In this document: in pieces, positions 53,339-63,018 of the stretch
How positions within the stretch are numbered: position 1 is the stretch's first letter
Layout: the number at the start of each line of letters is the position of its first letter
Assembly: GCA_047601445.1 (NCBI GenBank)
Contig: JASGJH010000001.1
Location: 6,080,001-6,144,000 of the forward strand
DNA length: 64,000 nucleotides
Direction: 5' to 3'
From: Myxococcales bacterium
GTDB taxonomy: Bacteria; Myxococcota_A; Polyangia; Polyangiales; DASUME01
Program-made: the position numbers and the translations under genes
Notes under the pieces: model-generated
Told to the model about the DNA's origin: nothing
What the model saw: only the letters and a program-made list of their open reading frames with translations
The model's database searches: none

Positions 53339-54745
53339 ATGAGTGCTGCTGCTCCTTCGCATGGAAGAGCCGTCGTCATCGGCGGAAGTATGGTCGGACT
53401 CGCGATGGCTCGCGCCCTCAGTGGGCACTTCCGTGAGGTGATCCTGATCGACAAGGACGAGTTCCCGGTCGACGCTCCAGCGCACCGCGTGGGCGTGCCG
53501 CAGAGCTATCACATCCATAACCTCACGCTGCGCGGCCAGAAGGAACTCGAAGACCTGTTCCCGGGCTTCGGCGAGGAGGCCGTGAAGCTCGGCGCCATGC
53601 GCATCGATTACGGTCGGGACGTGGCACGCTGCTCCGAGCTGGGCTGGCAGAAGCAGTTCCAGAGCGGGCTGATCGCCCTGTCGGCCACGCGCATCCTGGT
53701 GGAGTTCGCCGAGCGCCAGCGCTTCCGCGCGCTGTGCAAGAACGTCCGTGTGATCGAGAACACCCGCGTGGTCAACCTCATCACGGAGGGCGAGGGCAAT
53801 AAGCAGCGCGCCGTGGGTGTGGTCACCGACAAGCAGGACGAGACCCAAATCCGCGCGGACTTCGTGGTGGATTGCAGCGGTCGCGGCACCAAGTGGAAGA
53901 AGTGGTTCGAGGAGCGCAAGCTCCCGCTCCCACCCGAGACCGTGGTGGACTCGCGCTGCGGCTACAGCTCGCGCTTCATGCGGCCCAAGAACCCTGGCAA
54001 GTACCAGTGGAAAGCCATGGTGGTCGACGGAACGTATCCGGACCATCAGCACTGGGGTGTGATCGTCCCGCTGGAGAACAACGACTGGGTGGTGACCCTC
54101 GGTGGCATCGGAGAGAACTATCCTCCGGGCGACGAAGAGGGCTTCTTGAAGTGCGCCCAGGGCTTGCTCACGCCGCTCTATGCAGAGGCCATGGCAGAGG
54201 CCGAGCCCCTCACACCCATCCGTACCTTCCGCCGCATGGAGATGCGCTGGAACCACTTCGAGCGCGTGGGCGTGGCGCTCAACCGCTTTCTGGTCGTGGG
54301 CGACGCAGCCTGGGCCTACAACCCGCTCTACGGACAGGGCATGTCCATCGGCGTCACCTGCGCGCGCATCCTGCGCGACCTGCTCGACAAGAACCCGAGT
54401 CTCGACGGCATCGACCGCCGCTTCTACCCACCCGCCAAGAAGTTTTCCTGGCCCGCCTGGGAATCCACGGCGCTGCTCGACATGCGCTGGCCCCAGACCC
54501 ACGGCAAGCGCCCCTGGCACATGGCGCTCACGCATCGCCTGATGAACTTCGCCTGGCGCGCCGCGCACTACGACGAAGACCTCTTCATGGCCGTGCTGCA
54601 GAACGTGCATCTGCTCAAGTCGCCCACGGAGCTCATCACGCCCAAGTTGATGTGGGCGTTCACGAAGTACGTGCTCAAGCTCGTAACCTTCATGCCTCTC
54701 CGGCCCGTGCCTCAACTTCCGGCTCTCCCTTCTCCCGCGGAGTGA
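53339..54745 (+). CDS. FAD-dependent oxidoreductase/monooxygenase
   Basis: AVVIGGSMVG, R.GVPQ..H.H, VVDCSGR, GDA....NPLYGQGM. Confidence 0.88.
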   Translation: MSAAAPSHGRAVVIGGSMVGLAMARALSGHFREVILIDKDEFPVDAPAHRVGVPQSYHIHNLTLRGQKELEDLFPGFGEEAVKLGAMRIDYGRDVARCSELGWQKQFQSGLIALSATRILVEFAERQRFRALCKNVRVIENTRVVNLITEGEGNKQRAVGVVTDKQDETQIRADFVVDCSGRGTKWKKWFEERKLPLPPETVVDSRCGYSSRFMRPKNPGKYQWKAMVVDGTYPDHQHWGVIVPLENNDWVVTLGGIGENYPPGDEEGFLKCAQGLLTPLYAEAMAEAEPLTPIRTFRRMEMRWNHFERVGVALNRFLVVGDAAWAYNPLYGQGMSIGVTCARILRDLLDKNPSLDGIDRRFYPPAKKFSWPAWESTALLDMRWPQTHGKRPWHMALTHRLMNFAWRAAHYDEDLFMAVLQNVHLLKSPTELITPKLMWAFTKYVLKLVTFMPLRPVPQLPALPSPAE

Positions 54746-54806
54746 CTCGGAGCTCCCTGATTGCGGCGGGCACGTGGGTTGCCTCTGGCTGGCCGAGAGT
54801 CGCGCA
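54746..54806 (+). repeat. Truncated 5' copy of the long repeat unit
   Basis: CTCGGAGCTCCCTG recurs 61 bp later; ends after GCCGAGAGTCGCGC. Confidence 0.8.
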
Positions 54807-54812
54807 CTCGGA

Positions 54813-55065
54813 GCTCCCTGGCAGGGGCGCGCGGGTGGCCTTCCTATGGCTAGCCGAGAGTCGCGCCATTGGCGGTGCGCCACGCGGTGGGGTCGGTCAT
54901 GGGGTCGCTTCCAGTCGTGGTGCGCAAGGCGCGCGGGAAGCGCGCAGGCTCAGTCTCCGTCGTTTCGCTCGCTGACGGGGTCCACCGGTTGAGCTTTGCT
55001 TCGAGTCGAGGCGCGCCAAGACTCGGCGCCATAGGAAGGCCACCCGCGCGCCCCTGCCAGGGAGC
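54813..55065 (+). repeat. Long structured repeat unit, copy 3
   Basis: Perfect 38-bp terminal IR (54813-54850/55028-55065); same core as copy 1. Confidence 0.9.
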
Positions 55066-55403
55066 CCCGTGTGTTCACTAGGCTCGTGCGTCCTTTCGTG
55101 ATTCTCTTTGCCCGGACGAGCTCGTGTGATCTCTTGGCCCGAACAGGCTCGTGTGATCTCTAGGGCTTGAACGCTCTCCGGCGAATGCTCGTACTTACCC
55201 ACGTGAGCTCAAGCGCAATCCGAGAGTCGCAGGAACACTCGGGTGCACTCGAGGAGGAGCTCACGTGAAAACGTGGGAGCTCCATCAATCACATGAGCGT
55301 ACTCGAGCAGAGCCTCAACTAGGATTGTCGAGCCACCAGTGATCACACGGCGCACTTGAGTGAGATCCCACCCGAGGCGCTCGAGCCCTAGTGAACACAC
55401 GGG

Positions 55404-55656
55404 GCTCCCTGATTGCGGCGGGCAGGTGGGGTGCCTCTGGCGCCGAGTCTTGGCGCGCCTCGACTCGAAGCGAAGCTCAACCGGTGGACCCTGTAAGCGG
55501 CCAATACGACGGAGACTGAGCTTGCGCGCTTCCTGCGGGCCTTGCGCACCAAGACTGGAAGCGACCCCATGACCGACCCACCGCGCTCAAGCTCGCCCCA
55601 TGGCGCGACTCTCGGCCAGCCAGAGGCAACCCCACCGCGCGCCCCTGTCAGGGAGC
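55404..55656 (-). repeat. Long structured repeat unit, copy 4 (inverted)
   Basis: Imperfect ~38-bp terminal IR; reverse-complement core; overlaps the flippase stop codon. Confidence 0.9.
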
Positions 55657-57096
55657 TATGGGAGATCGCTTGAACGCAGTCCGCACGTCCACTCCGAGAA
55701 ACACCCGTAGCCCGCCCACGAAGGACCCCACCACGAGGGCGACGTCGATCGCGAGTCGAAGTCCCGGATTGGCCGGCAAAAATGGCCTCACTGCGAGCAG
55801 CGTGATGACCACGCCCGAGAACACCACCACGGGTCCGCCCATGCTCTTGAGGAGTGCCCAAGGAGAGAGCGCCACGGCGTGCTTGGACATGATCAACGAC
55901 ACGGCCACCAAGCTCACGGTGGCCGCCACCCAGGCGAGGGAGATCACGAACACGCGATCCCAGTCCGTGAGGGTCAAGCCCAGGAACATCGCGAGCGCCA
56001 CCAGCAGCAAGTTGACCACCGAGTGCACGAGCGAGAGTCTCGACTTGCCTGCGGCCACGTACACGCTCGGGATGGTCTCGGCGATGCCGCGCATGAAGGC
56101 GGCCACCAGTAGGAGGCGGATCGCGTCGCCCGCGTGGGGCCAACCGCTCTTGCCGAGCAGCTGCAGCACGTTTTCGCCGTCCACGAAAATGAGCGCCATC
56201 ACGGGGACGGTCATCAGCGTGACGGTGCGGGCGGTCCATAGCCACGCTTCGTTCAGCTTGCTTAGCTCGCGGCCCAGGCGCGAATACACGGGCAGAGCGG
56301 TGCGATTGCCGACCTGCAGGATGGCGATGCTGGGGGCCATGGCGAGATCGAAGGCCACGCGGTAGCCGCCCAGGGCTTGCGTGGAGACCAGGCGTCCGAG
56401 CAGCAGGTAGTCGAGATTTCGGCTGAGCTGGACCACCGCCACGGAGCCGCTGATGTTGAGGCCGGTCTTGGCCATCCCGCGCAGGGACTCCCAGTCGAAC
56501 TCACGTCGCGAGTAGGGACCGCACAGCACGCTCGCCCCGAGCAGCTGCATGAGTCCGTTGGAGACGTTGCCAAGCAAGGGAGCCCAGGCGCCTGCGCCGG
56601 CGGCGGCCAGGCCCAATGTGACGAGTCCCGAGACCAAGGTGGCGAGCGTGGTGACGGCGCCCAGGGCCCGGTAGCGCATCTCGCGCGCGAGCAGCGCCAG
56701 GGGCACGGCGGCCAAGCCCACGAAGACGAGCTTCATGGCCGACACGCGGATCATGGAGGTCAGCTCGGGGGCTCGGTAGGCGTCGGCGATCCAGGGCGCG
56801 GCCAGCACCACCATGGTCGACAGTACGGCGGCGATGCCCGTGGCGTACCAGAACGCGCTCGAGGTCTGTCGTGGCGTGAGATCGGGCTGCTGGAGCGTGG
56901 CCGTGCCGATGCCCAGGCCGTTGAAACACTCCACGAAGACCGCCACGGACCAGGCCAAGGTGGCGACGCCGATTTGCTCGCGGGTGAGGAAGCGCAGTAC
57001 GAGGATCAGCGAGAGGGCGTCCAGGATGCGCGCCACCGCCGTGGCCGAACCGAGCCAGACGAGTCCGCGTGCCAGCTGCTGACGTTCTTCGCTCAT
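55648..57096 (-). CDS. Wzx/PST polysaccharide flippase
   Basis: 12+ TM; GL.W, L.R.L....G, P.ALL.R.M.Y, N.DYLLLGR, G.Y..A. Confidence 0.85.
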   Translation of the reverse strand: MSEERQQLARGLVWLGSATAVARILDALSLILVLRFLTREQIGVATLAWSVAVFVECFNGLGIGTATLQQPDLTPRQTSSAFWYATGIAAVLSTMVVLAAPWIADAYRAPELTSMIRVSAMKLVFVGLAAVPLALLAREMRYRALGAVTTLATLVSGLVTLGLAAAGAGAWAPLLGNVSNGLMQLLGASVLCGPYSRREFDWESLRGMAKTGLNISGSVAVVQLSRNLDYLLLGRLVSTQALGGYRVAFDLAMAPSIAILQVGNRTALPVYSRLGRELSKLNEAWLWTARTVTLMTVPVMALIFVDGENVLQLLGKSGWPHAGDAIRLLLVAAFMRGIAETIPSVYVAAGKSRLSLVHSVVNLLLVALAMFLGLTLTDWDRVFVISLAWVAATVSLVAVSLIMSKHAVALSPWALLKSMGGPVVVFSGVVITLLAVRPFLPANPGLRLAIDVALVVGSFVGGLRVFLGVDVRTAFKRSPIAP

Positions 57097-57120
57097 CTCG
57101 GCGCGTGCTCTCGTTTCTTC

Positions 57121-57148
57121 GCTCGCGCGCCCGAGGGCGCACTTCGAC
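57121..57148 (+). repeat. REP-like palindrome
   Basis: GCTCGCGCGCCCGAGGGCGCACTTCGAC. Confidence 0.7.
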
Positions 57149-57212
57149 GCGGGGCGCTCGGCGCCCGGCGCGACCTTTGCGGAGCCCCAGGCTTACGGTC
57201 ATTCTTGGGCCC

Positions 57213-58355
57213 GTGACCCATTCGGTCAGTATTTTGTGCCATACGCTCGCAGGGAACGCCTTCGGACGCGCGTGGCTCCTGGCCGACTTGCTGAGCCAGG
57301 ACTTCTCCGTGCACATGGTGACGGCCTGTCGTCCGAACGACGAACTTTGGGCTCCCGCGCGGGGTAGCTGCCAGTTCGAGATCCGTCGCTGGAGTCCTTG
57401 GTCCTATCCGGGGTACGTCGCACGCGCCCCCAGTATTGCGCGTCGCCTGGTCACGGGCGACATCGTGCTGGCGGTCAAGCCCCACTTGAGCTCGCTGGGG
57501 CTCGGGCTGGTGGCGCGCGAGGTGCGTAAGCGGCCTTTGATCGCCGATGTCGACGACTGGGAACTGGGCTTCAGCTCGCTGGCCGGGGATCTGCTAGGCG
57601 CGCCCTGGGCGGCGCTGTCGGCGGCGAGCGCGCTGCATACCCGCCGCATGAGCGCGAAGGTGCGCACGGCCGACGCAGTCACGGTCAGCAACTCGTTCCT
57701 TCATGAGCGCTACGGCGGCACCTGGATCCCGCACGCGCGTGACGAGGAGCGCTTTCGGCCTGTGCCCGGGCCGGCCGGCGAGCCGCCCACGGTGTTGTTC
57801 GCGGGTACGCCGCGCCGTCACAAGGGGCTCGGTGAGTTGCTCGAGGCCTATCGTCAGCTGCGGGTCCCTGCGCGCCTGCGCATCGTGGGGGGCATGCTCG
57901 ATCCCGAGCTGGTGCGCGAGACCCGTGACGAGGCGGGCATCTCGGTGGAGCCGCCGGTGCCCATGCAGGAGTTGCTCGGCATCTTGGCGAGCGCCGACGT
58001 GGTGGTGATCCCGCAGAGTGATAGCCCAGCTAGTCAGGGGCAGCTGCCGGCCAAGCTGCTCGATGCGATGGCCATGGGTCGCGCAGTGGTGTCCACGAAC
58101 GTGGGCGATATTCCGCGTTGGCTGGCAGACGGAGCCGGTCGCGTGGTGCCGCCCGGTGACGCTGGCGCGCTCGCGCGGGGGCTCGAGGAGTTGCTCGGCG
58201 ATGCGGCGCTGCGGGCCCAGCTCGGCGCGCGCGCCCGGGAGCGCTTCCTGCGCTACGGATCCCAGGGCGTGTTGAGGCCGCGCTTGGTGGGGCTGCTGCA
58301 GCGCGTGCTGGCAGGCGAGTCCTTGGCGCCCCCGGCGGCGCCGTTCTCCGATTGA
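57213..58355 (+). CDS. GT4 family glycosyltransferase
   Basis: FAGTPRRHKG, P.KLLDAMAMG..VVST.VGD; GTG start inferred. Confidence 0.85.
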   Translation: MTHSVSILCHTLAGNAFGRAWLLADLLSQDFSVHMVTACRPNDELWAPARGSCQFEIRRWSPWSYPGYVARAPSIARRLVTGDIVLAVKPHLSSLGLGLVAREVRKRPLIADVDDWELGFSSLAGDLLGAPWAALSAASALHTRRMSAKVRTADAVTVSNSFLHERYGGTWIPHARDEERFRPVPGPAGEPPTVLFAGTPRRHKGLGELLEAYRQLRVPARLRIVGGMLDPELVRETRDEAGISVEPPVPMQELLGILASADVVVIPQSDSPASQGQLPAKLLDAMAMGRAVVSTNVGDIPRWLADGAGRVVPPGDAGALARGLEELLGDAALRAQLGARARERFLRYGSQGVLRPRLVGLLQRVLAGESLAPPAAPFSD

Positions 58356-58380
58356 AGGGGACACGCTCAGCCGAGCGTGT

Positions 58381-59334
58381 TCAGTCGAGGACCCGCCAGG
58401 CGATCTGGGCGAACAGGGTGCGCTCGCGCTCCGCGCGCACGCGGGCCTCGTCGAAGTTCGCGAGCTCCGACACCGAGGCGTACCAGTGCACCACGTGCGT
58501 GTCCGCCTGGAGCACCAAGTCCGCGCTCTCACGCGCGTTGGCGCGTTCGCGGAAGTACTGGCGCGAGATCTCGGGGCCCAGCGGGTAGAAGACACTCGGC
58601 GGCAACTGGCGCACCCCGAGCGCGTCGCCTGCTTCGGCCAAGCACTCCTGCAGCAAGTGCGTTCCCAGCCGATAGCGCAGCGGCAGATCGGCCTCCGGCA
58701 AGGCCGCCACGCGCTGCAGCATGTGGCGCACGAAAGGGTGGCGCGCCGTAAAGCCGAGCACCGCATTGTTGGCGGCCGTGAAGTAGAGCGGGCTCAAACG
58801 TCGGAATACCCGTTCGCCGCGGGGCAGGCGGGCACAGGCGTTGCGCACGAGGCCGCGCAAAGGACCGCCCAACACGCGATAGGGATGGAACCCGTAGCGC
58901 TTCTCGAGAGGCCATATGACGTGCTCCAAGCCGCAGTACGCCTGGTAATGCGCGAGGTCCGCCAGGTCGCGCAGGGTGACGGTGTCGGTGTCGAGATAGA
59001 CGCCGCCTTCGCGATACAGAATCAACAGGCGCGCTAGATTCGCGCGCGCGGCGGGCTGCGACAGGCCCGCGAACAACCGCGCGAGCAGTTCACACGGGAG
59101 CTCGTCGGACGCATCGGCGAACAGGTCGCGCTCGTTGAGGTGCGCGACTCCGAAGCGCGGATGTCGGCTGAGCGCCTGGGTGCACGCGTCGGAGCTCAGA
59201 TCATGGGTGGCCCACAGGGTGGCGCGCGCGCGGGGACAAGCCTTGAGCGCGCTTTCCACGGCCAGTCGTGCGAACCAGGGCAGACGCTCGCCGATCCACA
59301 CAAAATGGAGCTTTTCGGGGATCGAAGCGGTCAT
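58381..59334 (-). CDS. DXD glycosyltransferase (GT32-like)
   Basis: IPEKLHFVWIG, R..ILYREGGVYLDTD. Confidence 0.85.
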   Translation of the reverse strand: MTASIPEKLHFVWIGERLPWFARLAVESALKACPRARATLWATHDLSSDACTQALSRHPRFGVAHLNERDLFADASDELPCELLARLFAGLSQPAARANLARLLILYREGGVYLDTDTVTLRDLADLAHYQAYCGLEHVIWPLEKRYGFHPYRVLGGPLRGLVRNACARLPRGERVFRRLSPLYFTAANNAVLGFTARHPFVRHMLQRVAALPEADLPLRYRLGTHLLQECLAEAGDALGVRQLPPSVFYPLGPEISRQYFRERANARESADLVLQADTHVVHWYASVSELANFDEARVRAERERTLFAQIAWRVLD

Positions 59335-59431
59335 GCGCGCGCGGATTGTGAAGGAAAGTCAGGCCGGGCGCACTCCTCGTGCGAACTTCCTTGACCCCGA
59401 TCCGGGCAGGCCACACAACCACGCTCGCCCC

Positions 59432-61234
59432 ATGACCGAGCACCAGACCTCCCTCACCCCAGCGCGTCCCGGCTTGGTCCGGCGCCTCCAGGGGTACGTG
59501 GGTTCGCTGCTCGCGATCGAAGCGGGCGGGTCCGCCCGCGAGCAAACCCAAGATGCGTTGCTCAAGCGACTCGTGCTCCTCTACGTGCTGGTGCAGCTGG
59601 TGGGGGCACTCTGGGACCTACCCGGGGACCACGGCTGGGAGAACGATGGCATCGCGCCGCGCGGTGTGTTCAGCGGTTTGAGCGGCAATCTCAAGCCCGG
59701 CAATGCCCATCGCTACCCGCTGTTCCACTACGTGCTCTCGCTGATCGCGAGCTTGCCCGCGCTCTTGCTCACGCCGCTCGCCGCCGGCTCGCTCGGCAAG
59801 ACGGCGCTGCTCGAGGCCGGCGCAGGCACGCTGGTGATGACGGGGGTGTCGCTCTGCGTGAAACTGCTCGGCATCGGCCTGAGCGCGCTCGCGTTGCTCG
59901 CCCTGGCAGCCTTCACGCGTCGCAGCGCCAGTGTGGAGGCATCGCGCTGTGCCGCAGCCTTTTGCGCGCTCAACTTGAGCTTCGCCTACTACGGGCGGGC
60001 CTCCAACCTCGACGGACCTTACTTGGCGTGGTCTGCGCTCTTGCTGGAGCGGCTCTCGCTCTTGGGCCAGGGGGACGCGCGCGCGCAAGCTGCTCGCTAC
60101 GTGCAGATGGGGTTGTTGGGGGCCGCCGCCGTGGCCACCAAAGACCAGGCCTATGCTGTGGTGTTTCCCTTGTTCGCGGTGGCCGGCGTGCATGCCTTGA
60201 TGGCGCGCTCGCTGCCGCGTCTGGTGCGCCTCGCGCTCTCGGCAGGCGCGGGCTACGCGGTGTTCAGCGGGGCGCTCTTCAATCCGCGCGGCTTCGCGGC
60301 GCGCATCACCATGCTGCGCGGGACCAACAGCCAGGACTGGAAGATCTACGAGGACACCAGTCTTGGACTGTGGACCAACGTCGGCGATCTGGCGGGTAAC
60401 GTTCCGATGTGGTGGTGGCCTTGGCCGGTGCTCGTGCTGGCGGGGCTCGGCCTTTGCGTGTGTCTGGTGTGGGGGACGCGCGACCGCAAGCTGCTCCCGC
60501 TGTTGCCGCTCGTGATGGGTCTCGGTGGCCTCTGTCTCTTCACGCTAGTGGTCCGGCGAAACGACCATCGCTTCGTCCTGCCCGCGGCCTTCGTGGCCAG
60601 CTATTACGCCGGCGTGGGGGCGAGCGCGTTGCTGCGGGCGAGCTCGGGACGCGCGCGTCGCGCAACGCAGGTGGGCCTGGGGCTGTTGTTCGCTGCAGCG
60701 GGCTTTCAGAACCTGCTGCTCTTGGTCACGCAGTTCAGCGATGGTCGACGTCAGGTGGCGGCCTTCCTGGCCGAGCGGCCTCGGGGGACGCGCGTGGAGA
60801 CCTATGGCTTGCCTGTTTATCAACCCCACTATTGGCTGGGATCCGATGCTCCCTATCAGGTCACACGTCTCCAGCCGTTGAGTGGCGAGCCCTGGGCACC
60901 CATCCGCGGTCTGACGAACGTGCGCGACAGCTATGCCAACCTGTCCGCGCGCGGCCCGGACATCCTGCTCATCCCCGAAGGCTTCGCGATGCGCTACTTC
61001 GAGCGAACCTTGCGGCCGGGTGAGCGGCTCTCCGAGCAGGAGCGCAAGGCCCAGCTCGACCGCGATGCCACCGAGTTCATGCGCGCCGCCGTGGCGAACG
61101 AACTGCCAGGCTACGAGCTGCTGTTCGTGGCCGGCGAGGACCTGCCTGCGCCGCTCGCGCGCCTGGGGCTCTCGCCCGTGAGCGTCCACGGCAGCACGGG
61201 CATGCGCTACTGGGTGCTGTCGAAAAAGGGCTGA
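59432..61234 (+). CDS. Polytopic GT-C (ArnT/PMT-like) glycosyltransferase
   Basis: Many TM helices; WEND acidic loop, YP, N.D, A..TK, RF..P. Confidence 0.65.
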   Translation: MTEHQTSLTPARPGLVRRLQGYVGSLLAIEAGGSAREQTQDALLKRLVLLYVLVQLVGALWDLPGDHGWENDGIAPRGVFSGLSGNLKPGNAHRYPLFHYVLSLIASLPALLLTPLAAGSLGKTALLEAGAGTLVMTGVSLCVKLLGIGLSALALLALAAFTRRSASVEASRCAAAFCALNLSFAYYGRASNLDGPYLAWSALLLERLSLLGQGDARAQAARYVQMGLLGAAAVATKDQAYAVVFPLFAVAGVHALMARSLPRLVRLALSAGAGYAVFSGALFNPRGFAARITMLRGTNSQDWKIYEDTSLGLWTNVGDLAGNVPMWWWPWPVLVLAGLGLCVCLVWGTRDRKLLPLLPLVMGLGGLCLFTLVVRRNDHRFVLPAAFVASYYAGVGASALLRASSGRARRATQVGLGLLFAAAGFQNLLLLVTQFSDGRRQVAAFLAERPRGTRVETYGLPVYQPHYWLGSDAPYQVTRLQPLSGEPWAPIRGLTNVRDSYANLSARGPDILLIPEGFAMRYFERTLRPGERLSEQERKAQLDRDATEFMRAAVANELPGYELLFVAGEDLPAPLARLGLSPVSVHGSTGMRYWVLSKKG

Positions 61235-61323
61235 GCCGCGCGGTCGGATCATCCACAGATGCCAGGTCGAGGTCACGCCTTCCCGGCTTTCCTCCGCCTG
61301 TCAGGTTGCGTAGGATGCGCCCC

Positions 61324-62979
61324 ATGCACGCCTCCGACCGCATTGACCCCTGGGCACGCTGGGAATCGGGCCTGAGTAGGACCGCCGCCAATCATCAAGC
61401 GCTGAGTCCACTGAACTTCCTGGCGCGCACCGCCCAGACCTATCCCGATCGTACCGCGCTCGTCCACGGTAGCTTGCGGCGTGACTACCGCAGCCTCGAG
61501 CAGCGCTGCCTCCAGCTCGCCAACGCGCTTGCGCGTCGCGGCGTCGGTGCGGGGGATGTGGTGAGCCTGCTGGCGCCGAACGTGCCGTGCGCGCTCGAGG
61601 CTCACTACGGCGTGCCGATGGCAGGGGCCGTGCTGCACGCCATGAACGTGCGACTGGATCCCGCCACCATCGCGTACATGCTCGATCACGCCCAAACCAA
61701 GGTCTGGATCGTCGATCGCGAGTTCGCGGCGCTCGCGCGTGAGGCCCTCTCGCGCGCCAAGGTGCGCCCGTTGATCGTGGCTGCCGACGATCCGAGCTTC
61801 ACGGGCGGCGAGCTCATCGGCGAAGTCGGCTACGAAGAGCTGCTCGCCGAGGGAGAGCCGTCGCTCCATTGGGTGCGACCCGACGACGAGTGGCGGGCCC
61901 TCGCGCTGAACTACACGAGCGGCACCACCGGCAATCCCAAGGGCGTGGTGTACCACCACCGCGGCGCCTACCTCACGGCTATGGGCAACGTGCTCGCCAC
62001 CAACCTAGGGCGGCATGCGGTGTACCTGTGGACGGTCCCCATGTTCCACTGCAATGGCTGGTGTTTCCCCTGGGCCGTGAGCCTGGTCGCGGGCACCCAC
62101 GTGTGTCTGCGCCACGTGCGCGCGGACGCCATCTACGACGCCATCGAGAAGCACGGCGTGACCAACTTCTGTGGCGCTCCCACCGTGCTCAACATGATCG
62201 TGCAGGAGGGCCAGAAGCGCTCACTCAAGCTCGAGCGCGTGGTGGACGTGGCCACCGGAGGCGCACCGCCGCCTGCGGCCATCCTCTCGGCCATGGAGAA
62301 GGCGGGCTTCCGCGTCACGCACCTGTACGGCCTCACCGAGACGTACGGACCCGCTGTGTTCAACTCGTGGCAGGACGCCTGGGACCAGCTGCCCGCCGAC
62401 GAACGCGGCAGCAAGAACGCACGGCAAGGCGTTCGCGGGCCGACCCTGGAGGGGCTCACGGTGCGTCACCCGGAGACGCTCGAGGAGTGTCCCCACGATG
62501 GCCAGACCGTGGGCGAGGTGATGTTCGCCGGCAACATCGTCATGAAGGGCTACCTGGCCGATCCCGAGGCCACCGAACGCGCCTTCAAGGGCGGCTTCTT
62601 TCACTCGGGTGATCTCGGCGTGATGCACCCCGACGGCTACATCCAGCTCACGGATCGCTCCAAGGACATCATCATCTCGGGCGGCGAGAACATCTCGTCC
62701 ATCGAGGTGGAGAACACCCTCTTCAAGCATCCGAGCGTGCTCGAGGCCGCCGTGGTGGCGCGGCCGGATCCCCTGTGGGGAGAGACTCCGTGCGCCTTCG
62801 TCACGCTCAAACCCGGCGTTGCCCCGGTCACGGCCGAGGAGATCATCGCGTTTTGCCGCACCCAGATCGCTGGCTTCAAGTGCCCCAAGCACGTGGTCTT
62901 CGCGGAACTGCCCAAGACCTCCACGGGAAAGGTGCAAAAGTTCATTCTGCGCGAGCGCGCCAAGCAGGAGTCGCTGTAG
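61324..62979 (+). CDS. Acyl-CoA synthetase (AMP-binding)
   Basis: YTSGTTGNPKG, PMFHCNGW, YGLTE, DRSKDIIISGGENISS, LPKTSTGK. Confidence 0.93.
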   Translation: MHASDRIDPWARWESGLSRTAANHQALSPLNFLARTAQTYPDRTALVHGSLRRDYRSLEQRCLQLANALARRGVGAGDVVSLLAPNVPCALEAHYGVPMAGAVLHAMNVRLDPATIAYMLDHAQTKVWIVDREFAALAREALSRAKVRPLIVAADDPSFTGGELIGEVGYEELLAEGEPSLHWVRPDDEWRALALNYTSGTTGNPKGVVYHHRGAYLTAMGNVLATNLGRHAVYLWTVPMFHCNGWCFPWAVSLVAGTHVCLRHVRADAIYDAIEKHGVTNFCGAPTVLNMIVQEGQKRSLKLERVVDVATGGAPPPAAILSAMEKAGFRVTHLYGLTETYGPAVFNSWQDAWDQLPADERGSKNARQGVRGPTLEGLTVRHPETLEECPHDGQTVGEVMFAGNIVMKGYLADPEATERAFKGGFFHSGDLGVMHPDGYIQLTDRSKDIIISGGENISSIEVENTLFKHPSVLEAAVVARPDPLWGETPCAFVTLKPGVAPVTAEEIIAFCRTQIAGFKCPKHVVFAELPKTSTGKVQKFILRERAKQESL

Positions 62980-63018
62980 CTCGCGTCAGCCCGTCGTGGT
63001 CGCATGCCAAGGATTTCC

